A DNA stretch of 64,000 nt from Lucifera butyrica (GCF_900476375.1 NZ_UPPP01000062.1:8651-72650), one strand, 5' to 3'; positions 11,399-23,155 are shown, numbered from the stretch's first letter. Notes: generated by a model not told the origin, from the sequence alone. A program made the numbers and translations.

Positions 11399-11647
11399 GT
11401 GGCTAAAGTGAATTGGGAATCTGCAAAATACGAAAGCAGTAAAGGCCAGTGGGCTATTTTCCCGCAATTGTGCAAAGGCTGCGGCTTGTGCATCGAAAAA
11501 TGCCCGGTGAAATGCATCAGCTGGTCGGAAGAACTCGGGGTTTATGGTACGCCGCGGGTAAAAGCCGATATGGAAAAATGCATTGTTTGCGGCATTTGCC
11601 AGATGGTGTGCCCGGATTGTGCGATCCGGGTGGAAAAAAAGAAATAA
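11399..11647 (+). CDS. 2-oxoacid:ferredoxin oxidoreductase delta subunit (2x[4Fe-4S] ferredoxin)
   Basis: Two CxxCxxCxxxCP motifs (CKGCGLCIEKCP, CIVCGICQMVCP). Confidence 0.8.
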   Translation: MAKVNWESAKYESSKGQWAIFPQLCKGCGLCIEKCPVKCISWSEELGVYGTPRVKADMEKCIVCGICQMVCPDCAIRVEKKK

Positions 11648-11709
11648 GTAGACTAAAGATCAAAGAATGTTGTATTATAGAAGCAGATTTTGCTGTAGGT
11701 GATAGAATA

Positions 11710-12678
11710 GTGACCAAAAATTTGATATTTACGACCGTGCAACAGGATCTTATGGTACTGGAAGAGCTGTTGGCTTCTGTAATACATTCCCCGGTGAATT
11801 TAATAACGGATATTGGGCAACATTTAGTGCAGGCGGGCGGCAAACGGTTGCGGCCCGCTTTGTATCTGTTATGCGCCAAGCAACAGAATGGACAGCCGGA
11901 ACGGATGCTGCCGATGGCGCTGGCGATTGAGCTGATCCATATGGCGACACTGGTTCACGACGACGTGGTTGACCATTCAGCCACCCGGCGCGGTATACCC
12001 ACGGCAAACGCATGCTGGGGAAATCATATTTCCGTTCTTACCGGCGATTATCTGTTTGCCAAAGCGTTTTCCACGGTGGCCGAAAGTGATACCGGCGCCA
12101 TGCTGAAAGTACTTACCGGAGCCATATGTTCCATGGCGGAAGGAGAAATTATTCAAATTCAGAGTTTGTTTCAGCCGGATCAGTCCGAGACGGACTACTT
12201 GGAACGGATTGGCAAAAAAACGGCGGAATTTATTGCTGCCAGTTGTGAACTGGGAGGGATGACCGCCGGTTTGAACGAAGTAGATATTATGGCTTTGCGC
12301 ACGTATGGACATGCTTTGGGATTGGCCTTTCAGATTACCGACGATATTCTGGATCTGACGCAGACGTCAAAACAATTAGGCAAGCCGGCAGGAAATGACT
12401 TATGTCAGGGGGTTATCACACTGCCGGTCATTTATGCTTTGCAAACAAGCAGGGAACGGGAAACATTGCGTCAAATTATTATTGACAAGGATTTATCGGC
12501 GGGGAAACTTGCCCAGGCCCTTACGCTGATTCGGGCAACGGGGGCAATCGAAGCCTGTTATCAACGGGTAGGGGAATATTTGCAGCAGGCTCGCAATATT
12601 TTGCCCTTGTCGCTGGCTCCGGCAGTCAGGCAGGAACTGATTGCAGTCGCCAATTTTGTGGGACTACGGAAATATTAG
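11710..12678 (+). CDS. polyprenyl diphosphate synthase (heptaprenyl/octaprenyl type, HepT/IspB-like)
   Basis: First aspartate-rich motif LVHDDVVDHSATRRG and second motif FQITDDILD. Start trimmed to a GTG behind AGGTGA, because the long ORF N-extension overlaps the ferredoxin gene. Confidence 0.8.
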   Translation: MTKNLIFTTVQQDLMVLEELLASVIHSPVNLITDIGQHLVQAGGKRLRPALYLLCAKQQNGQPERMLPMALAIELIHMATLVHDDVVDHSATRRGIPTANACWGNHISVLTGDYLFAKAFSTVAESDTGAMLKVLTGAICSMAEGEIIQIQSLFQPDQSETDYLERIGKKTAEFIAASCELGGMTAGLNEVDIMALRTYGHALGLAFQITDDILDLTQTSKQLGKPAGNDLCQGVITLPVIYALQTSRERETLRQIIIDKDLSAGKLAQALTLIRATGAIEACYQRVGEYLQQARNILPLSLAPAVRQELIAVANFVGLRKY

Positions 12679-12700
12679 AGATAGGCGGAGGCATTTTCCT

Positions 12701-13480
12701 ATGTTCAGACCGGTTAAAACGAGAAAAGTGTATGAGGAAATCGTAGCACAAATAAAAAAGCTGATTGTAGACGGTAAGCTGCAGCCCGGTGATAAGCTGC
12801 TTTCCGAGCGGGAACTTTCAGAACGGTTGAATGTAAGCCGCGCTTCGGTGCGGGAGGCGTTCAGCGCCCTGGAAATGATGGGAGTCATAACCATCCGTCC
12901 GGGTGAGGGAAGCTTTGTCCGGCAAGTTTCCTATGAAGGCATGCTGGAACCGTTGTCTTTTTATTTACAAATCGAGATGAACGACATTATGCAGTTATTA
13001 GAGGTGCGAAAAATTCTGGAGATCGAGACGGCAGCCCTGGCAGCAGTGCGGGCTACTGCCGAAGATATTCAGGATTTGCACCGGGCCTTGCAGCAGATGG
13101 TTGAGGAAGTCAACTCCGGCGAAATTGGCGAGATAGCGGATTCTTCTTTTCATTTTGCCGTCGCCAAAGCGGCCAACAATCCGATTCTTATCAAAATGAT
13201 GAATACTGTGGCCGATCTAATGACCAATACCTTCCGCGTATCCCGGCAACGGCTGTTTTTAGTGGAAAACATGCCCGGGTTAATTCATCATTCCCATCAG
13301 GCCATCTACGAAGCCATTGCCGCTAAAAATCCCCAGGCTGCCCGCCATAAGATGCAGGAGCATCTGACAATGGTGGAAGAGGTCATGATCCGGCTAAAGC
13401 AGGACAGGGTTTCTTCCTTAAAAGGCGGCGGAAGTATTTTTTTGCCGGCAGACAAAGAAGACCAGGTTGCTTCTTCATAA
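12701..13480 (+). CDS. GntR family transcriptional regulator (FadR/FCD subfamily)
   Basis: N-terminal winged HTH (YEEIVAQIKKLIVDGKLQPGDKLLSERELSERLNVSRASVREA) plus C-terminal FCD-like helical domain. Confidence 0.8.
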   Translation: MFRPVKTRKVYEEIVAQIKKLIVDGKLQPGDKLLSERELSERLNVSRASVREAFSALEMMGVITIRPGEGSFVRQVSYEGMLEPLSFYLQIEMNDIMQLLEVRKILEIETAALAAVRATAEDIQDLHRALQQMVEEVNSGEIGEIADSSFHFAVAKAANNPILIKMMNTVADLMTNTFRVSRQRLFLVENMPGLIHHSHQAIYEAIAAKNPQAARHKMQEHLTMVEEVMIRLKQDRVSSLKGGGSIFLPADKEDQVASS

Positions 13481-13568
13481 GGGAATACGGCTTATTGAGT
13501 TGTCGCGTTTGTTTTTTTTAGGACGGGTGATATAATGATAAGTAAAGCGACAGGGAGGATGTGAGCGT

Positions 13569-13784
13569 ATGTTTAGTTTCAGTATGCCTGAACTCATTGT
13601 AATTTTAATTATTGCTTTGGTTGTATTCGGACCGGGTAAGCTTCCCGAGGTCGGCAGGGCCCTGGGCAAAGGAATTCAGGAATTTAAACGGGCCGCCGCC
13701 GAAACAATGAATGAAGAGCCGCAGCGGCCGGAGACAGCGAAAATGACGGCTCAGGAAAAATCCCCCACCGAAGAGAAGAAGTGA
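13569..13784 (+). CDS. tatA: twin-arginine translocase subunit TatA/E
   Basis: [35 protein letters not shown]. Confidence 0.9.
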   Translation: MFSFSMPELIVILIIALVVFGPGKLPEVGRALGKGIQEFKRAAAETMNEEPQRPETAKMTAQEKSPTEEKK

Positions 13785-14530
13785 GGATTTCCATGTCGGA
13801 TACAGTGACGCAAAATGAGGATGAACAATCGGCTAGGCAGGGAGAAATGTCCCTTGTTGATCATTTGCAGGAACTTCGCCGGCGGATTATTATCTCCCTG
13901 ATTGCCGTGGCCTTAGGCAGCACCGTGAGTTATTTTTATGCGGCCAAACTAGTCCATATTATTACTGCTCCTGCCGGTAAGTTGTATTATCTAAACCCGG
14001 CAGAAGCTTTTTTTACATATTTGAAAATATCCTTTTTTACCGGTTTCCTTGCGGCATTGCCGGTTGTTCTGTATCAGGCCTGGGCCTTCATTGTACCGGC
14101 GTTGACCAACCAGGAACGGAAAGCATCTTTTATTCTGGTACCGGCCTCGCTGGGACTGTTTTTTGCCGGCTTGGCTTTTTCCTATATTCTGGTGTTACCC
14201 GCCGGAATTAAATTTTTTATGGGCTTTGCCACCCAGGATTTGCAACCTTTGTTTTCCCTGGGACAGTATCTGTCTTTTGTCATTTCTTTTCTGCTTCCTT
14301 TCGGTTTCGTTTTTGAACTGCCGCTGTTTATCCTGGTGCTTGCCAAACTAGGGATGATTAATTCCCGGGTATTGATTCATAAACGGAAAGTGGTGCTGGT
14401 CCTGTCATTTGTTGTCGGGGCTATTCTGTCGCCGACGCCGGATGTGTTTTCCCAAACCATGGTCGCGGTTCCTTTGTTTGTCTTATATGAAGTCAGTATT
14501 ATTATTGTAAAATATATTTTGAAAAAATAG
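13781..14530 (+). CDS. tatC: twin-arginine translocase subunit TatC
   Basis: [16 protein letters not shown]..., six TM-segment layout, follows tatA. Confidence 0.9.
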   Translation: MRISMSDTVTQNEDEQSARQGEMSLVDHLQELRRRIIISLIAVALGSTVSYFYAAKLVHIITAPAGKLYYLNPAEAFFTYLKISFFTGFLAALPVVLYQAWAFIVPALTNQERKASFILVPASLGLFFAGLAFSYILVLPAGIKFFMGFATQDLQPLFSLGQYLSFVISFLLPFGFVFELPLFILVLAKLGMINSRVLIHKRKVVLVLSFVVGAILSPTPDVFSQTMVAVPLFVLYEVSIIIVKYILKK

Positions 14531-14614
14531 ATGCCGGAAACAAGATAAGTGCCATTTTAGCCGTAAGGTTAAAAGGGCTTTTACTATTTGCAGAGATAAG
14601 GACGGGTGGTAACT

Positions 14615-15505
14615 ATGACGGCAAAAATTTTGGATGGGAACTGGTTTGCCGGCCAGATCCGGGAAAGGGTCAGGAACGAGGTTGTGTCGCTGCAGCAAGA
14701 GCTGGGGATTACACCCGGATTGGCCGTCATTATTGTCGGTGACAATCCGGCTTCCCAGGTATATGTAAACCGGAAGCACAAAGCTTGCGGCGAGACGGGG
14801 ATTCACTCCGTTGTCATTCGCCTGGCGGAACAAACAACGCAGAACGAGTTGTTGCAAAAAATTGAAGAACTCAACCGGGACGGCTCGATTCACGGGATAC
14901 TGGTCCAACTGCCCTTGCCGGCTCATATCGATGAGATGGTGATTTTACAGGCTATTTCTCCGGCGAAGGATGTTGACGGATTTCACCCGTTTAACATGGG
15001 AAGCCTGGCGGCGGGGCGGGAACTTTTGGTTCCCTGTACACCGGCGGGAATCGTGCGGCTGTTGGAGATGGCCGGGATTGACCTGGAAGGAAAACGGGCC
15101 GTTATCATTGGCCGCAGCAATATTGTGGGTAAGCCGATGGCTCTCTTGCTGCTGTCCCGTAACGCCACCGTAACGGTTTGTCATTCCCGCACCCGGGAAC
15201 TGGCAGCCATTGCGCGCGAGGCGGATATCCTTATCGCCGCTGTCGGTAAGCCTGGTTTCGTTAAGCCGGAAATGGTCAAACCCGGTGCCGTTGTTATCGA
15301 TGTCGGCATTAACCGGGTAGAAGGTAAATTGGCAGGCGACGTGGATTTTCCGGCAGTGCGGGAGGTGGCCGGCGCCATTACTCCCGTACCCGGCGGTGTG
15401 GGTCCGTTAACCATCAGCATGCTGCTGGCCAATACGGTTAAGGCGGTCCGTCTGCTTCAGCCAACAGCAGGTGTTAAAGCGAAGTCAAGAGTCCGGAGGA
15501 GTTGA
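14615..15505 (+). CDS. folD: bifunctional methylenetetrahydrofolate dehydrogenase/methenyl-THF cyclohydrolase
   Basis: ILDG...[28 protein letters not shown]...GKPMALLLL, the FolD fingerprint. Confidence 0.9.
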   Translation: MTAKILDGNWFAGQIRERVRNEVVSLQQELGITPGLAVIIVGDNPASQVYVNRKHKACGETGIHSVVIRLAEQTTQNELLQKIEELNRDGSIHGILVQLPLPAHIDEMVILQAISPAKDVDGFHPFNMGSLAAGRELLVPCTPAGIVRLLEMAGIDLEGKRAVIIGRSNIVGKPMALLLLSRNATVTVCHSRTRELAAIAREADILIAAVGKPGFVKPEMVKPGAVVIDVGINRVEGKLAGDVDFPAVREVAGAITPVPGGVGPLTISMLLANTVKAVRLLQPTAGVKAKSRVRRS

Positions 15506-17178
15506 TTTGTATGAAAAGCGACGTGGAAATTGCCCAGAGCGCTTGTATGAAACCGGTCGCCCAGGTTGCGGCCGAATTAGGTATAGCGGAGGAAGAACTG
15601 GAGCTTTACGGAAAATATAAAGGAAAAGTTTCGCTGAATATCTGGGAGCGAATCCGGCATCATCCCGACGGGAAATTGGTGCTGGTCACCGCCATCAATC
15701 CGACTCCGGCAGGGGAAGGGAAGACGACGACCACCGTAGGTCTGGGAGACTCTTTACGGCGATTGGGCCATAAGGTAATGATTGCCCTGCGGGAACCGTC
15801 CCTGGGGCCCTGTTTTGGCGTAAAAGGCGGTGCCGCCGGCGGCGGTTATGCCCAGATTGTGCCGATGGAAGATATTAACCTGCATTTTACCGGTGACCTG
15901 CATGCGATTACGACGGCGCACAACCTGCTGGCGGCGATCATCGACAATCATATTCATCACGGCAACGAATTGGAAATTGATCCGCGGCGGATCACCTGGC
16001 GCCGGGTAATGGACCTGAATGAAAGAGCCCTGCGGCAGATTGTCCTGGGGCTGGGCGGCAAAGCCAACGGCGTTCCCCGCGAAAGCGGCTTTGATATTAC
16101 CGTGGCTTCAGAAATGATGGCAATTTTATGTCTTGCCAGTGACCTGGAAGACATGAAATCGCGGATTGCCCGCATTATTGTGGCCTATACCTTTGATAAC
16201 AGGCCGGTTACGGTGGCGGACTTGAAAGTCACCGGGGCACTTACGCTTTTATTTAAAGATGCGATTAAGCCGAATTTGGTGCAGACCCTGGAAAACACGC
16301 CGGCTTTTGTCCATGGCGGGCCGTTTGCCAACATTGCCCATGGCTGCAATAGCATCATGGCCTCCAAATACGCCTTGAAATTGGCGGACATTCTGGTTAC
16401 GGAGGCCGGCTTCGGCGCCGATCTGGGAGCAGAAAAATTTCTCGATATCAAATGCCGTTTTGCCGGTTTCCGGCCGGACGCTGTTGTTATCGTGGCTACC
16501 GTACGGGCGTTAAAGATGCACGGCGGGGTGCCGAAAAATGAATTGGCCGGCGAAAATCCGGCGGCTTTGGCCAAAGGTATGGCTAATCTACAAAAACACA
16601 TTGAAAATATTCAAAAATTTGGTTTGCCGGCTGTTGTCGCCATTAATGCTTTCCCTACCGATACCAAGGCCGAACTGTCTTTTGTGCGGGAACAGTGTGA
16701 GGCTATGAATGCGGCCGTAGCTTTGTCGGAAGTTTGGGCCAAAGGGGGCGCCGGCGGCGAAGAGTTGGCCGGCAAAGTGCTGGCGGCAGTCAATAAGCCT
16801 AATCAATTCCGGTTTCTGTATGAGGCAACGCAGCCGATTAAAGAGAAAATTGCCACCATCGCCAGGGAAATCTACGGTGCGGACGCTGTCAACTATACAC
16901 CGGCGGCGAAAAAAACGATTCAGGAATTAACCGGTCTCGGTTTTGACAAAACACCGGTTTGTATGGCGAAAACCCAATATTCCCTTAGTGATGATATGAG
17001 TAAAATCGGCCGTCCCACCGGCTTTGCCATCACCGTGCGGGAAGTCCGGGTGGCGGCGGGAGCGGGATTTTTGGTAGCCATCACCGGTGATATTATGACA
17101 ATGCCCGGCTTGCCGAAACATCCGGCGGCGGAAAGAATGGATATTGACAAAAACGGTAGAATCGTGGGATTATTTTAA
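15502..17178 (+). CDS. fhs: formate--tetrahydrofolate ligase
   Basis: [15 protein letters not shown]-loop. 558 aa, full-length similarity to FTHFS. Confidence 0.95.
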   Translation: MICMKSDVEIAQSACMKPVAQVAAELGIAEEELELYGKYKGKVSLNIWERIRHHPDGKLVLVTAINPTPAGEGKTTTTVGLGDSLRRLGHKVMIALREPSLGPCFGVKGGAAGGGYAQIVPMEDINLHFTGDLHAITTAHNLLAAIIDNHIHHGNELEIDPRRITWRRVMDLNERALRQIVLGLGGKANGVPRESGFDITVASEMMAILCLASDLEDMKSRIARIIVAYTFDNRPVTVADLKVTGALTLLFKDAIKPNLVQTLENTPAFVHGGPFANIAHGCNSIMASKYALKLADILVTEAGFGADLGAEKFLDIKCRFAGFRPDAVVIVATVRALKMHGGVPKNELAGENPAALAKGMANLQKHIENIQKFGLPAVVAINAFPTDTKAELSFVREQCEAMNAAVALSEVWAKGGAGGEELAGKVLAAVNKPNQFRFLYEATQPIKEKIATIAREIYGADAVNYTPAAKKTIQELTGLGFDKTPVCMAKTQYSLSDDMSKIGRPTGFAITVREVRVAAGAGFLVAITGDIMTMPGLPKHPAAERMDIDKNGRIVGLF

Positions 17179-17283
17179 TATAGTGTAATAATTCACAAAC
17201 AATCCGTGGCTGTTAACAGGCAGCGGGATAAAACCCGTAGTGCATTAAGCCGGTCCGGATTGAAGCTTTAAAGGAGGGTCATT

Positions 17284-18141
17284 GTGTATAAAATACTGGA
17301 GAAACAGGAGCTGGCGCCCAGCGTTAAGTTATTCGTAATGGAAGCGCCGCTCATCGCCCGCAAGGCGAAACCCGGACAGTTTGTCATTTTGCGGATTGAC
17401 GAAAATGGAGAACGGATTCCGTTGACCATTGCTGACTTTAACCGGGAGAAAGGCACGATTACGCTAATTTTTCAGGAAGTGGGAGCCTCAACCCGTCAAC
17501 TGGGCCGTTTAAATGCCGGCGAATCACTGCTTGATCTGGTCGGCCCGTTAGGAAAACCAACGCACATTGAAAAAATGGGAACGGTCGTCTGCATTGGCGG
17601 CGGTATCGGGATTGCCCCGGTGTACCCGATTGCCCGCGGTATGAAAGAAGCCGGCAATAAAGTGATTTCCATTATTGGCGCCCGCAGTCAGGATATTCTG
17701 ATCTATGAAGACGAAATGAAAGCCGTCAGCGACGAACTCCATATTACTACCGATGACGGCTCGAAAGGGCACAAAGGCCTGGTTACGCACGTTTTGCAGC
17801 AAATGATCGACGCCGGTACGAAAATCGACTTAGTCATGGCCATTGGACCGGTAATTATGATGCGCAGCGTGGCGGAAGTAACCCGGCCCTATGGCATCCA
17901 TACCGTAGTCAGTCTGAACCCGATTATGGTGGATGGAACCGGCATGTGCGGCGGCTGCCGGGTTGCCGTGGGGGACGAAAATAAATTTGCCTGCGTGGAC
18001 GGGCCCGAATTCGATGCCCACTTGGTTGATTTTAACGGCCTGATGGCCCGCCAGCGGATGTACAAACCAAATGAACATGATGCCAGTCAGCGCTGTGCCC
18101 GGCACGGCGGGGAGGGAGAATGCCAATGTCACTCTCATTAA
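17284..18141 (+). CDS. nfnA: NfnA-type subunit (PyrK-like FAD/NAD and 2Fe-2S oxidoreductase; sulfide dehydrogenase beta / ferredoxin-NADP reductase small subunit)
   Basis: 285 aa ferredoxin-reductase fold with C-terminal Cys cluster CGGCRV...C. Immediately upstream of a GltD-like subunit. Confidence 0.7.
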   Translation: MYKILEKQELAPSVKLFVMEAPLIARKAKPGQFVILRIDENGERIPLTIADFNREKGTITLIFQEVGASTRQLGRLNAGESLLDLVGPLGKPTHIEKMGTVVCIGGGIGIAPVYPIARGMKEAGNKVISIIGARSQDILIYEDEMKAVSDELHITTDDGSKGHKGLVTHVLQQMIDAGTKIDLVMAIGPVIMMRSVAEVTRPYGIHTVVSLNPIMVDGTGMCGGCRVAVGDENKFACVDGPEFDAHLVDFNGLMARQRMYKPNEHDASQRCARHGGEGECQCHSH

Positions 18142-19529
18142 AGAAACAAAAGATGCCGGAACAGGATCCCAAAGTACGGGCGAAAAATTTTGCCGAAGTC
18201 GCCCTGGGATATTCCGCCGGGGATGCCGCCTTGGAAGCGGCGCGCTGCCTGCAATGTAAAAATCCGTTATGCCGGCAGGGCTGTCCGGTGGAAGTAAATA
18301 TCCCCGAATTTATCAAACACATTAAAGACGGAGATATGGACGCGGCCATCGGCAGTATAAAAAATTTCAACAGTCTTCCCGCTGTCTGCGGCCGTGTCTG
18401 TCCGCAGGAAGAACAATGCGAAAAACACTGCATTCTGGCGAAAAAGGGAGAACCGGTCGGCATCGGCCGTTTGGAACGTTATGCCGCAGACTATGCCAGA
18501 AATAAGGGAGAAACCGTAAAGCCTGTCGCCTATAAGGCGGATGCGCAAAAAGTGGCCATTGTCGGGGCGGGTCCGGCGGGACTGACCGCGGCGGGCGATT
18601 TGGCCAAAATGGGCTATCAAGTTACGGTGTTCGAAGCGCTGCATTTGCCGGGCGGAGTTTTAATGTACGGAATTCCCGAATTCCGCCTGCCGAAAGAAAT
18701 TGTCCAGGCTGAGATTGATAATTTACGCAAACTGGGTGTGGAAATTGCCGTGAATGCCGTAATCGGACAAACCTTTACGGTGGATGAACTGATGGAGGAG
18801 GAAGGCTTTAACGCCGTATTTATCGGCACAGGAGCCGGTCTGCCGCACTTCATGGGTTTGCCGGGAGAAAACCTGAACGGCGTCTATGCGGCCAACGAAT
18901 TTTTAACCCGCTGTAATCTGATGAAGGCCTACCGGTTCCCGGAATGCGCCACTCCCATTAAGGTCGGCCGGAAAGTGGCCGTCGTCGGCGGCGGCAATGT
19001 GGCGATGGATGCGGCCCGGACGGCACTGCGTCTGGGCGCTGAGAAGGTATACATCGTCTACCGCCGTTCGGAGGAAGAAATGCCGGCGAGAAAAGAAGAA
19101 CTTCACCACGCCAAAGAGGAAGGCATCGAATTTCGATTGCTGACCAATCCGGTCGCCGTATTGGGTAACGACGAGGGCTGGGTTAAAGGCCTGCGGTGTG
19201 TTCGGATGGAATTGGGCGAAGCGGACGCTTCAGGCCGCCGCCGCCCGGTAGAAGTACCCGACTCGGAATTTGAACTGGATGTGGACGTTGTTGTCATTGC
19301 CATCGGTCAGGGACCCAATCCGCTGGTTCAGTCAACCACCAAAGGACTGGAAACCAACCGGAAAGGAAATATTATTGCCGATGCCGAGACCGGCGCCACC
19401 AGCAAGCCGGGAGTTTTTGCCGGCGGTGACATTGTAACCGGCGCCGCCACCGTGATTCTAGCCATGGGAGCCGGGAAGAAAGCGGCGGTTGCCATTGACC
19501 GTTATCTGAAAGACAAGAAAAACCGCTAG
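18120..19529 (+). CDS. nfnB: NfnB-type subunit (glutamate synthase small-chain-like, NADPH-dependent, 2x[4Fe-4S] + FAD)
   Basis: CLQCKNPLCRQGCPV and CGRVCPQEEQCEKHC Fe-S motifs, and GAGPAGLTAAGDLA FAD/NAD Rossmann motif. Confidence 0.7.
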   Translation: MPMSLSLKKQKMPEQDPKVRAKNFAEVALGYSAGDAALEAARCLQCKNPLCRQGCPVEVNIPEFIKHIKDGDMDAAIGSIKNFNSLPAVCGRVCPQEEQCEKHCILAKKGEPVGIGRLERYAADYARNKGETVKPVAYKADAQKVAIVGAGPAGLTAAGDLAKMGYQVTVFEALHLPGGVLMYGIPEFRLPKEIVQAEIDNLRKLGVEIAVNAVIGQTFTVDELMEEEGFNAVFIGTGAGLPHFMGLPGENLNGVYAANEFLTRCNLMKAYRFPECATPIKVGRKVAVVGGGNVAMDAARTALRLGAEKVYIVYRRSEEEMPARKEELHHAKEEGIEFRLLTNPVAVLGNDEGWVKGLRCVRMELGEADASGRRRPVEVPDSEFELDVDVVVIAIGQGPNPLVQSTTKGLETNRKGNIIADAETGATSKPGVFAGGDIVTGAATVILAMGAGKKAAVAIDRYLKDKKNR

Positions 19530-19539
19530 AAATTTTATA

Positions 19540-19569
19540 TTGACAATTCCTTACTGGATTTGCTATGAT
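19540..19569 (+). promoter_or_regulatory. sigma-A type promoter of the pyr operon (TTGACA-18-TATGAT)
   Basis: TTGACAattccttactggatttgcTATGAT read directly. Confidence 0.5.
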
Positions 19570-19589
19570 ATTTCTAATAACATATGGCC

Positions 19590-19618
19590 TTTAAACTGGT
19601 CCTGTGAGACTGGTAAGG
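19590..19618 (+). promoter_or_regulatory. PyrR-binding loop (pyrimidine attenuator anti-antiterminator)
   Basis: UUUAAACUGGUCCUGUGAGACUGGUAAGG matches the conserved PyrR box (GUCC.G.GAG.CUG..AAGG) known from Bacillus pyr leaders. Confidence 0.6.
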
Positions 19619-19646
19619 GGATATAATGATGGTTTGTAAGTATTAT

Positions 19647-19685
19647 GCCTTCTTGCATGTGTCACATGCCGGAAGGCTTTTATAT
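19647..19685 (+). terminator. attenuator terminator in the pyrB leader
   Basis: GCCTTCttGCATGTGtCACATGCcgGAAGGC followed by TTTTATATT. Confidence 0.6.
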
Positions 19686-19825
19686 TGTCTGGTAGGTATT
19701 CTACTAAAGTTTCCCAAACTACAAATACTATCCTTTAAGCTGATTCAGCGAGGTCGGCAAGGAGAGTTTATTGCGTATACAGGCCTGCTGTATACGGTGT
19801 TCCAATAGACTAACTTCTTGCCGCA

Positions 19826-20818
19826 ATGGTAAGGAGTTTTAATTTTATGGGAGGGACCGCCGTGACCAAAAGCCAAGTAACATTACGCAATAAAGATATT
19901 CTTGCCCTGCAGGATATGAGCGTGGATGAGATGCAACTGATTTTGGATACTGCCAAACAAATGAAGCAGATTATTGACCGGGATATCAAAAAAGTGCCCA
20001 CCCTGCGGGGAAAGTCGGTGATCAATCTTTTTTTCGAATCCAGCACCCGGACCCGCACATCCTTTGAACTGGCCGGAAAATATCTCGGCGCCGATGTGGT
20101 GAATATTACTGTCAGTGCCAGCAGCGTAACCAAGGGGGAAAGCTTGCGGGACACCCTGCTTACGGTGGAGGCTATGGGCGTGGATGCGATCATTATGCGC
20201 CATGAAGCGGAAGGGTCGTCCCAGTTTGCCTCCAGCATCGTCAAACCGGTCATAATTAATGCCGGCGACGGTGCGCACGAACATCCCACCCAGGGTCTTT
20301 TGGACATGTTCACCATTTTGCAGTATAAAGGACAGATACAAGGACTAAAGGTGGCGATTGTCGGCGATATCCTTCATAGCCGGGTAGCCCGGTCCAACAT
20401 CTGGGGTCTTAAAAAAATGGGGGCCGAGGTTCATGTCGCCGGACCGCAAACCCTCCTGCCGCGGGAAATGGAATGCATGGGAATCAGGGTACATAACCGG
20501 ATTGAAGACGCCATCGACCAGGCGGATGTTGTGAATGTCCTGCGCATCCAAAAAGAGCGGCAGCAAAAGGGATTGTTTCCTTCCCTGCGGGAGTATGCCC
20601 GGATCTTCGGCGTCAATGCCAAACGGCTGGCGCTGGCGAAAGAAGACGCTTTGTTAATGCATCCCGGTCCCATGAACCGGGGTCTGGAGATTGCTCCCGA
20701 TGTAGCCTACAGCGGGCAGTCGGCGATACAGGAACAGGTTAAGAACGGCCTGGCCGTGCGAATGGCAATTTTGTTTCTCGTATTGATGGGAGGGAAAAAT
20801 ATTGAAACGATTGGTTAA
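19826..20818 (+). CDS. pyrB: aspartate carbamoyltransferase catalytic subunit
   Basis: STRTRTSFE and HPTQ / ...LMHPGP motifs. The true start may be the GTG about 35 nt downstream, behind GGGAGGG. Confidence 0.9.
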   Translation: MVRSFNFMGGTAVTKSQVTLRNKDILALQDMSVDEMQLILDTAKQMKQIIDRDIKKVPTLRGKSVINLFFESSTRTRTSFELAGKYLGADVVNITVSASSVTKGESLRDTLLTVEAMGVDAIIMRHEAEGSSQFASSIVKPVIINAGDGAHEHPTQGLLDMFTILQYKGQIQGLKVAIVGDILHSRVARSNIWGLKKMGAEVHVAGPQTLLPREMECMGIRVHNRIEDAIDQADVVNVLRIQKERQQKGLFPSLREYARIFGVNAKRLALAKEDALLMHPGPMNRGLEIAPDVAYSGQSAIQEQVKNGLAVRMAILFLVLMGGKNIETIG

Positions 20819-22091
20819 AGGCGGCAGAGTGATCAGTCCGGCGCAAAATTTGGACGCTTCGGTAGACATCGTCATTGAGGATGGGAAAATCGTGCAAATA
20901 GGGCCGGATATTATGTGCCCGGAGGCCGAACTGATCGACGCGGCCGGTTTGGTCGTGGCCCCCGGACTCATTGATATGCACGTTCATCTGCGCGAGCCCG
21001 GCCTGGAAGCCAAAGAAGATATATACTCCGGTTCGCGGGCGGCGGCGGCCGGCGGGTTTACTACTATTGCCTGCATGCCCAACACCAAGCCGGTTATCGA
21101 CAATGCCATTTTAGTATCCGGACTGATCCGGCAGGGGAAACTCGAAGGCGCTGTAAATATTAAAGTAATTGGCGCTCTCAGTAAAGGCCAGGAAGGAAAA
21201 GAACTGGCTGAGATCGGCGATATGATTTACGCCGGTGCGGTGGCTATCTCCGATGACGGGCATTGGGTGAACAATGCCAAACTTATGCGGTTAGGGCTTG
21301 AATATACGGGGATGTTTCATAAAACGATCATTTCTCACGCCGAAGAAGATTCTCTCGTCGCCGAGGGAGTCATGCATGAAGGAGCCGTGTCGGCGATGCT
21401 GGGAATGAAAGGCCGTCCGGCCGTGGCCGAGGATATCGCCGTAGCCCGGGATATTATGCTGGCCGAATACACGGGTGCTTCGCTGCATGTTGCCCATGTT
21501 AGTTCCCGCGGGGCGGTGGAGCTCATCCGGCAGGCCAAACAGCGGGGCGTCAAGGTGACGGCGGAAGTAACGCCCCAGCATCTGGCGTTAACCGATGCGG
21601 ACGTGACCGGTTTTAACACGGCCATGAAAGTAAATCCGCCGCTTCGGTCCCGGGATCATGTTGAGGCCCTGCTTGAGGGTTTAAAGGACGGGACACTGGA
21701 TATTCTGGTGACAGACCATGCGCCGCACGCTTTTGAGGAAAAAGATGTGGAGTTCCGGTATGCTCCCAGCGGGTTTGCCGGTCTGGAAACCTCACTCGGA
21801 GTTATATTAACTGCCCTGTATCATACCGGGCAGTTTACGCTGCCGGAAATTATCCGTTTCATGTCCGCCAGACCGGCCGCTCTCTTTGGTCTTGACGGCG
21901 GTCAGCTGATTCCGGGCGCCGTTGCCGATATTACGTTAATCGATCCGGATCGGGAGTGGACGGTCGACAGCCGGAATTTTTACACCAAAGGCAAGGCCAC
22001 GCCATTTGAAGGGAAAAAGCTGAAAGGCAAGGCTGTTGCGACCATCGTTGCCGGCAACTTAATTATGCAGAATGGAGAGGTAAAAATATGA
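20802..22091 (+). CDS. pyrC: dihydroorotase
   Basis: [10 protein letters not shown] ... DHAPH metal-ligand motifs. TTG start behind GGGAGGG. Confidence 0.9.
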   Translation: MKRLVKGGRVISPAQNLDASVDIVIEDGKIVQIGPDIMCPEAELIDAAGLVVAPGLIDMHVHLREPGLEAKEDIYSGSRAAAAGGFTTIACMPNTKPVIDNAILVSGLIRQGKLEGAVNIKVIGALSKGQEGKELAEIGDMIYAGAVAISDDGHWVNNAKLMRLGLEYTGMFHKTIISHAEEDSLVAEGVMHEGAVSAMLGMKGRPAVAEDIAVARDIMLAEYTGASLHVAHVSSRGAVELIRQAKQRGVKVTAEVTPQHLALTDADVTGFNTAMKVNPPLRSRDHVEALLEGLKDGTLDILVTDHAPHAFEEKDVEFRYAPSGFAGLETSLGVILTALYHTGQFTLPEIIRFMSARPAALFGLDGGQLIPGAVADITLIDPDREWTVDSRNFYTKGKATPFEGKKLKGKAVATIVAGNLIMQNGEVKI

Positions 22092-23155
22092 ACGGCAGAC
22101 TGGTCTTAGAAGACGGAAGCGTTTTTTACGGGCAGGTGCTGAATGACTTGCCCGCAAGCGGGGAAGTTGTCTTTAACACCGGCATGACGGGGTATCAGGA
22201 AGTCTTGACCGACCCGTCCTATTGCGGTCAAATTGTTACCATGACCTACCCGCTGATTGGCAATTACGGAATTGCCAATCAGTTTGAACAATCGCGGCAG
22301 CCTTTTGTACGCGGTTTTGTTATTAGTGAATTATGCCGTAAGCCAAGTAACTGGCAATTGGAAGGGGATCTGGCCGGATATCTGACTGCCAGGAAGATTC
22401 CCTGTATTTTCGATATTGATACGCGGGCTGTCACCCGGGCGATCCGGTCCCGGGGCACCATGAGGGGAATTATTGCGCCGGAAAATATTGCCGAAGCGAT
22501 GATTCAGGATTTGTTTCGGGCGCCGGTAGCGGCGGGCCTGGTAGCGGAAGTCACAACCCCGGCTATTTATCAGATTCCGGGGGATGGACCCCATGTGGTG
22601 GTCATGGATTTCGGCATCAAGCGCAACATTTTACATTCTTTAACCCGGAGCGGCTGCCGGCTGACCGTGGTACCGGCTCACACGAACAGCAAGACAATTC
22701 TGGCGTTAAATCCTGACGGCGTGTTTCTTTCCAATGGACCGGGAGACCCCAAGGATGTGCCGGAAGCGGTTCAGACAGTGCGGGAACTGGTAGCAACAGA
22801 AAAGCCTGTTTTCGGTATTTGTCTGGGTCACCAGCTTTTGGCCCTGGCCTTTGGCGCCGATACGTATAAACTGAAATTCGGCCACCGGGGAGCCAATCAT
22901 CCCGTCAAGGACCTCCGGTCCGGCAGAGTATACATTACTTCGCAAAATCACGGCTATGCCGTGGCGGAAGAATCTTTGCCCGGAACCGAGGTCGTTGTCA
23001 CGCATCGAGCGGTCAACGACGGTACGGTGGAAGGCATGCGCCATAAATTCCGTCCCGTATTTTCGGTGCAGTATCATCCGGAAGCGGCGCCGGGGCCGGA
23101 TGACAATACCTATTTGTTTGCTGAATTTATGATGTTATTGCAGGGGAGGAATTGA
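22088..23155 (+). CDS. carA: carbamoyl-phosphate synthase small (glutaminase) subunit
   Basis: GICLGHQLL catalytic Cys motif and HGYAV region. Confidence 0.9.
   Translation: MNGRLVLEDGSVFYGQVLNDLPASGEVVFNTGMTGYQEVLTDPSYCGQIVTMTYPLIGNYGIANQFEQSRQPFVRGFVISELCRKPSNWQLEGDLAGYLTARKIPCIFDIDTRAVTRAIRSRGTMRGIIAPENIAEAMIQDLFRAPVAAGLVAEVTTPAIYQIPGDGPHVVVMDFGIKRNILHSLTRSGCRLTVVPAHTNSKTILALNPDGVFLSNGPGDPKDVPEAVQTVRELVATEKPVFGICLGHQLLALAFGADTYKLKFGHRGANHPVKDLRSGRVYITSQNHGYAVAEESLPGTEVVVTHRAVNDGTVEGMRHKFRPVFSVQYHPEAAPGPDDNTYLFAEFMMLLQGRN

Noticed and set aside
11449-11709. N-terminal 87-codon extension of the polyprenyl synthase ORF
   Set aside because: Overlaps the ferredoxin delta-subunit gene in another frame. 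Conserved synthase sequence starts later, and a GTG with an AGGTGA RBS is available.
19626-19808. 60-aa ORF inside the pyrB leader
   Set aside because: Overlaps the attenuator terminator and hairpins; no RBS. The region is better explained as regulatory RNA.
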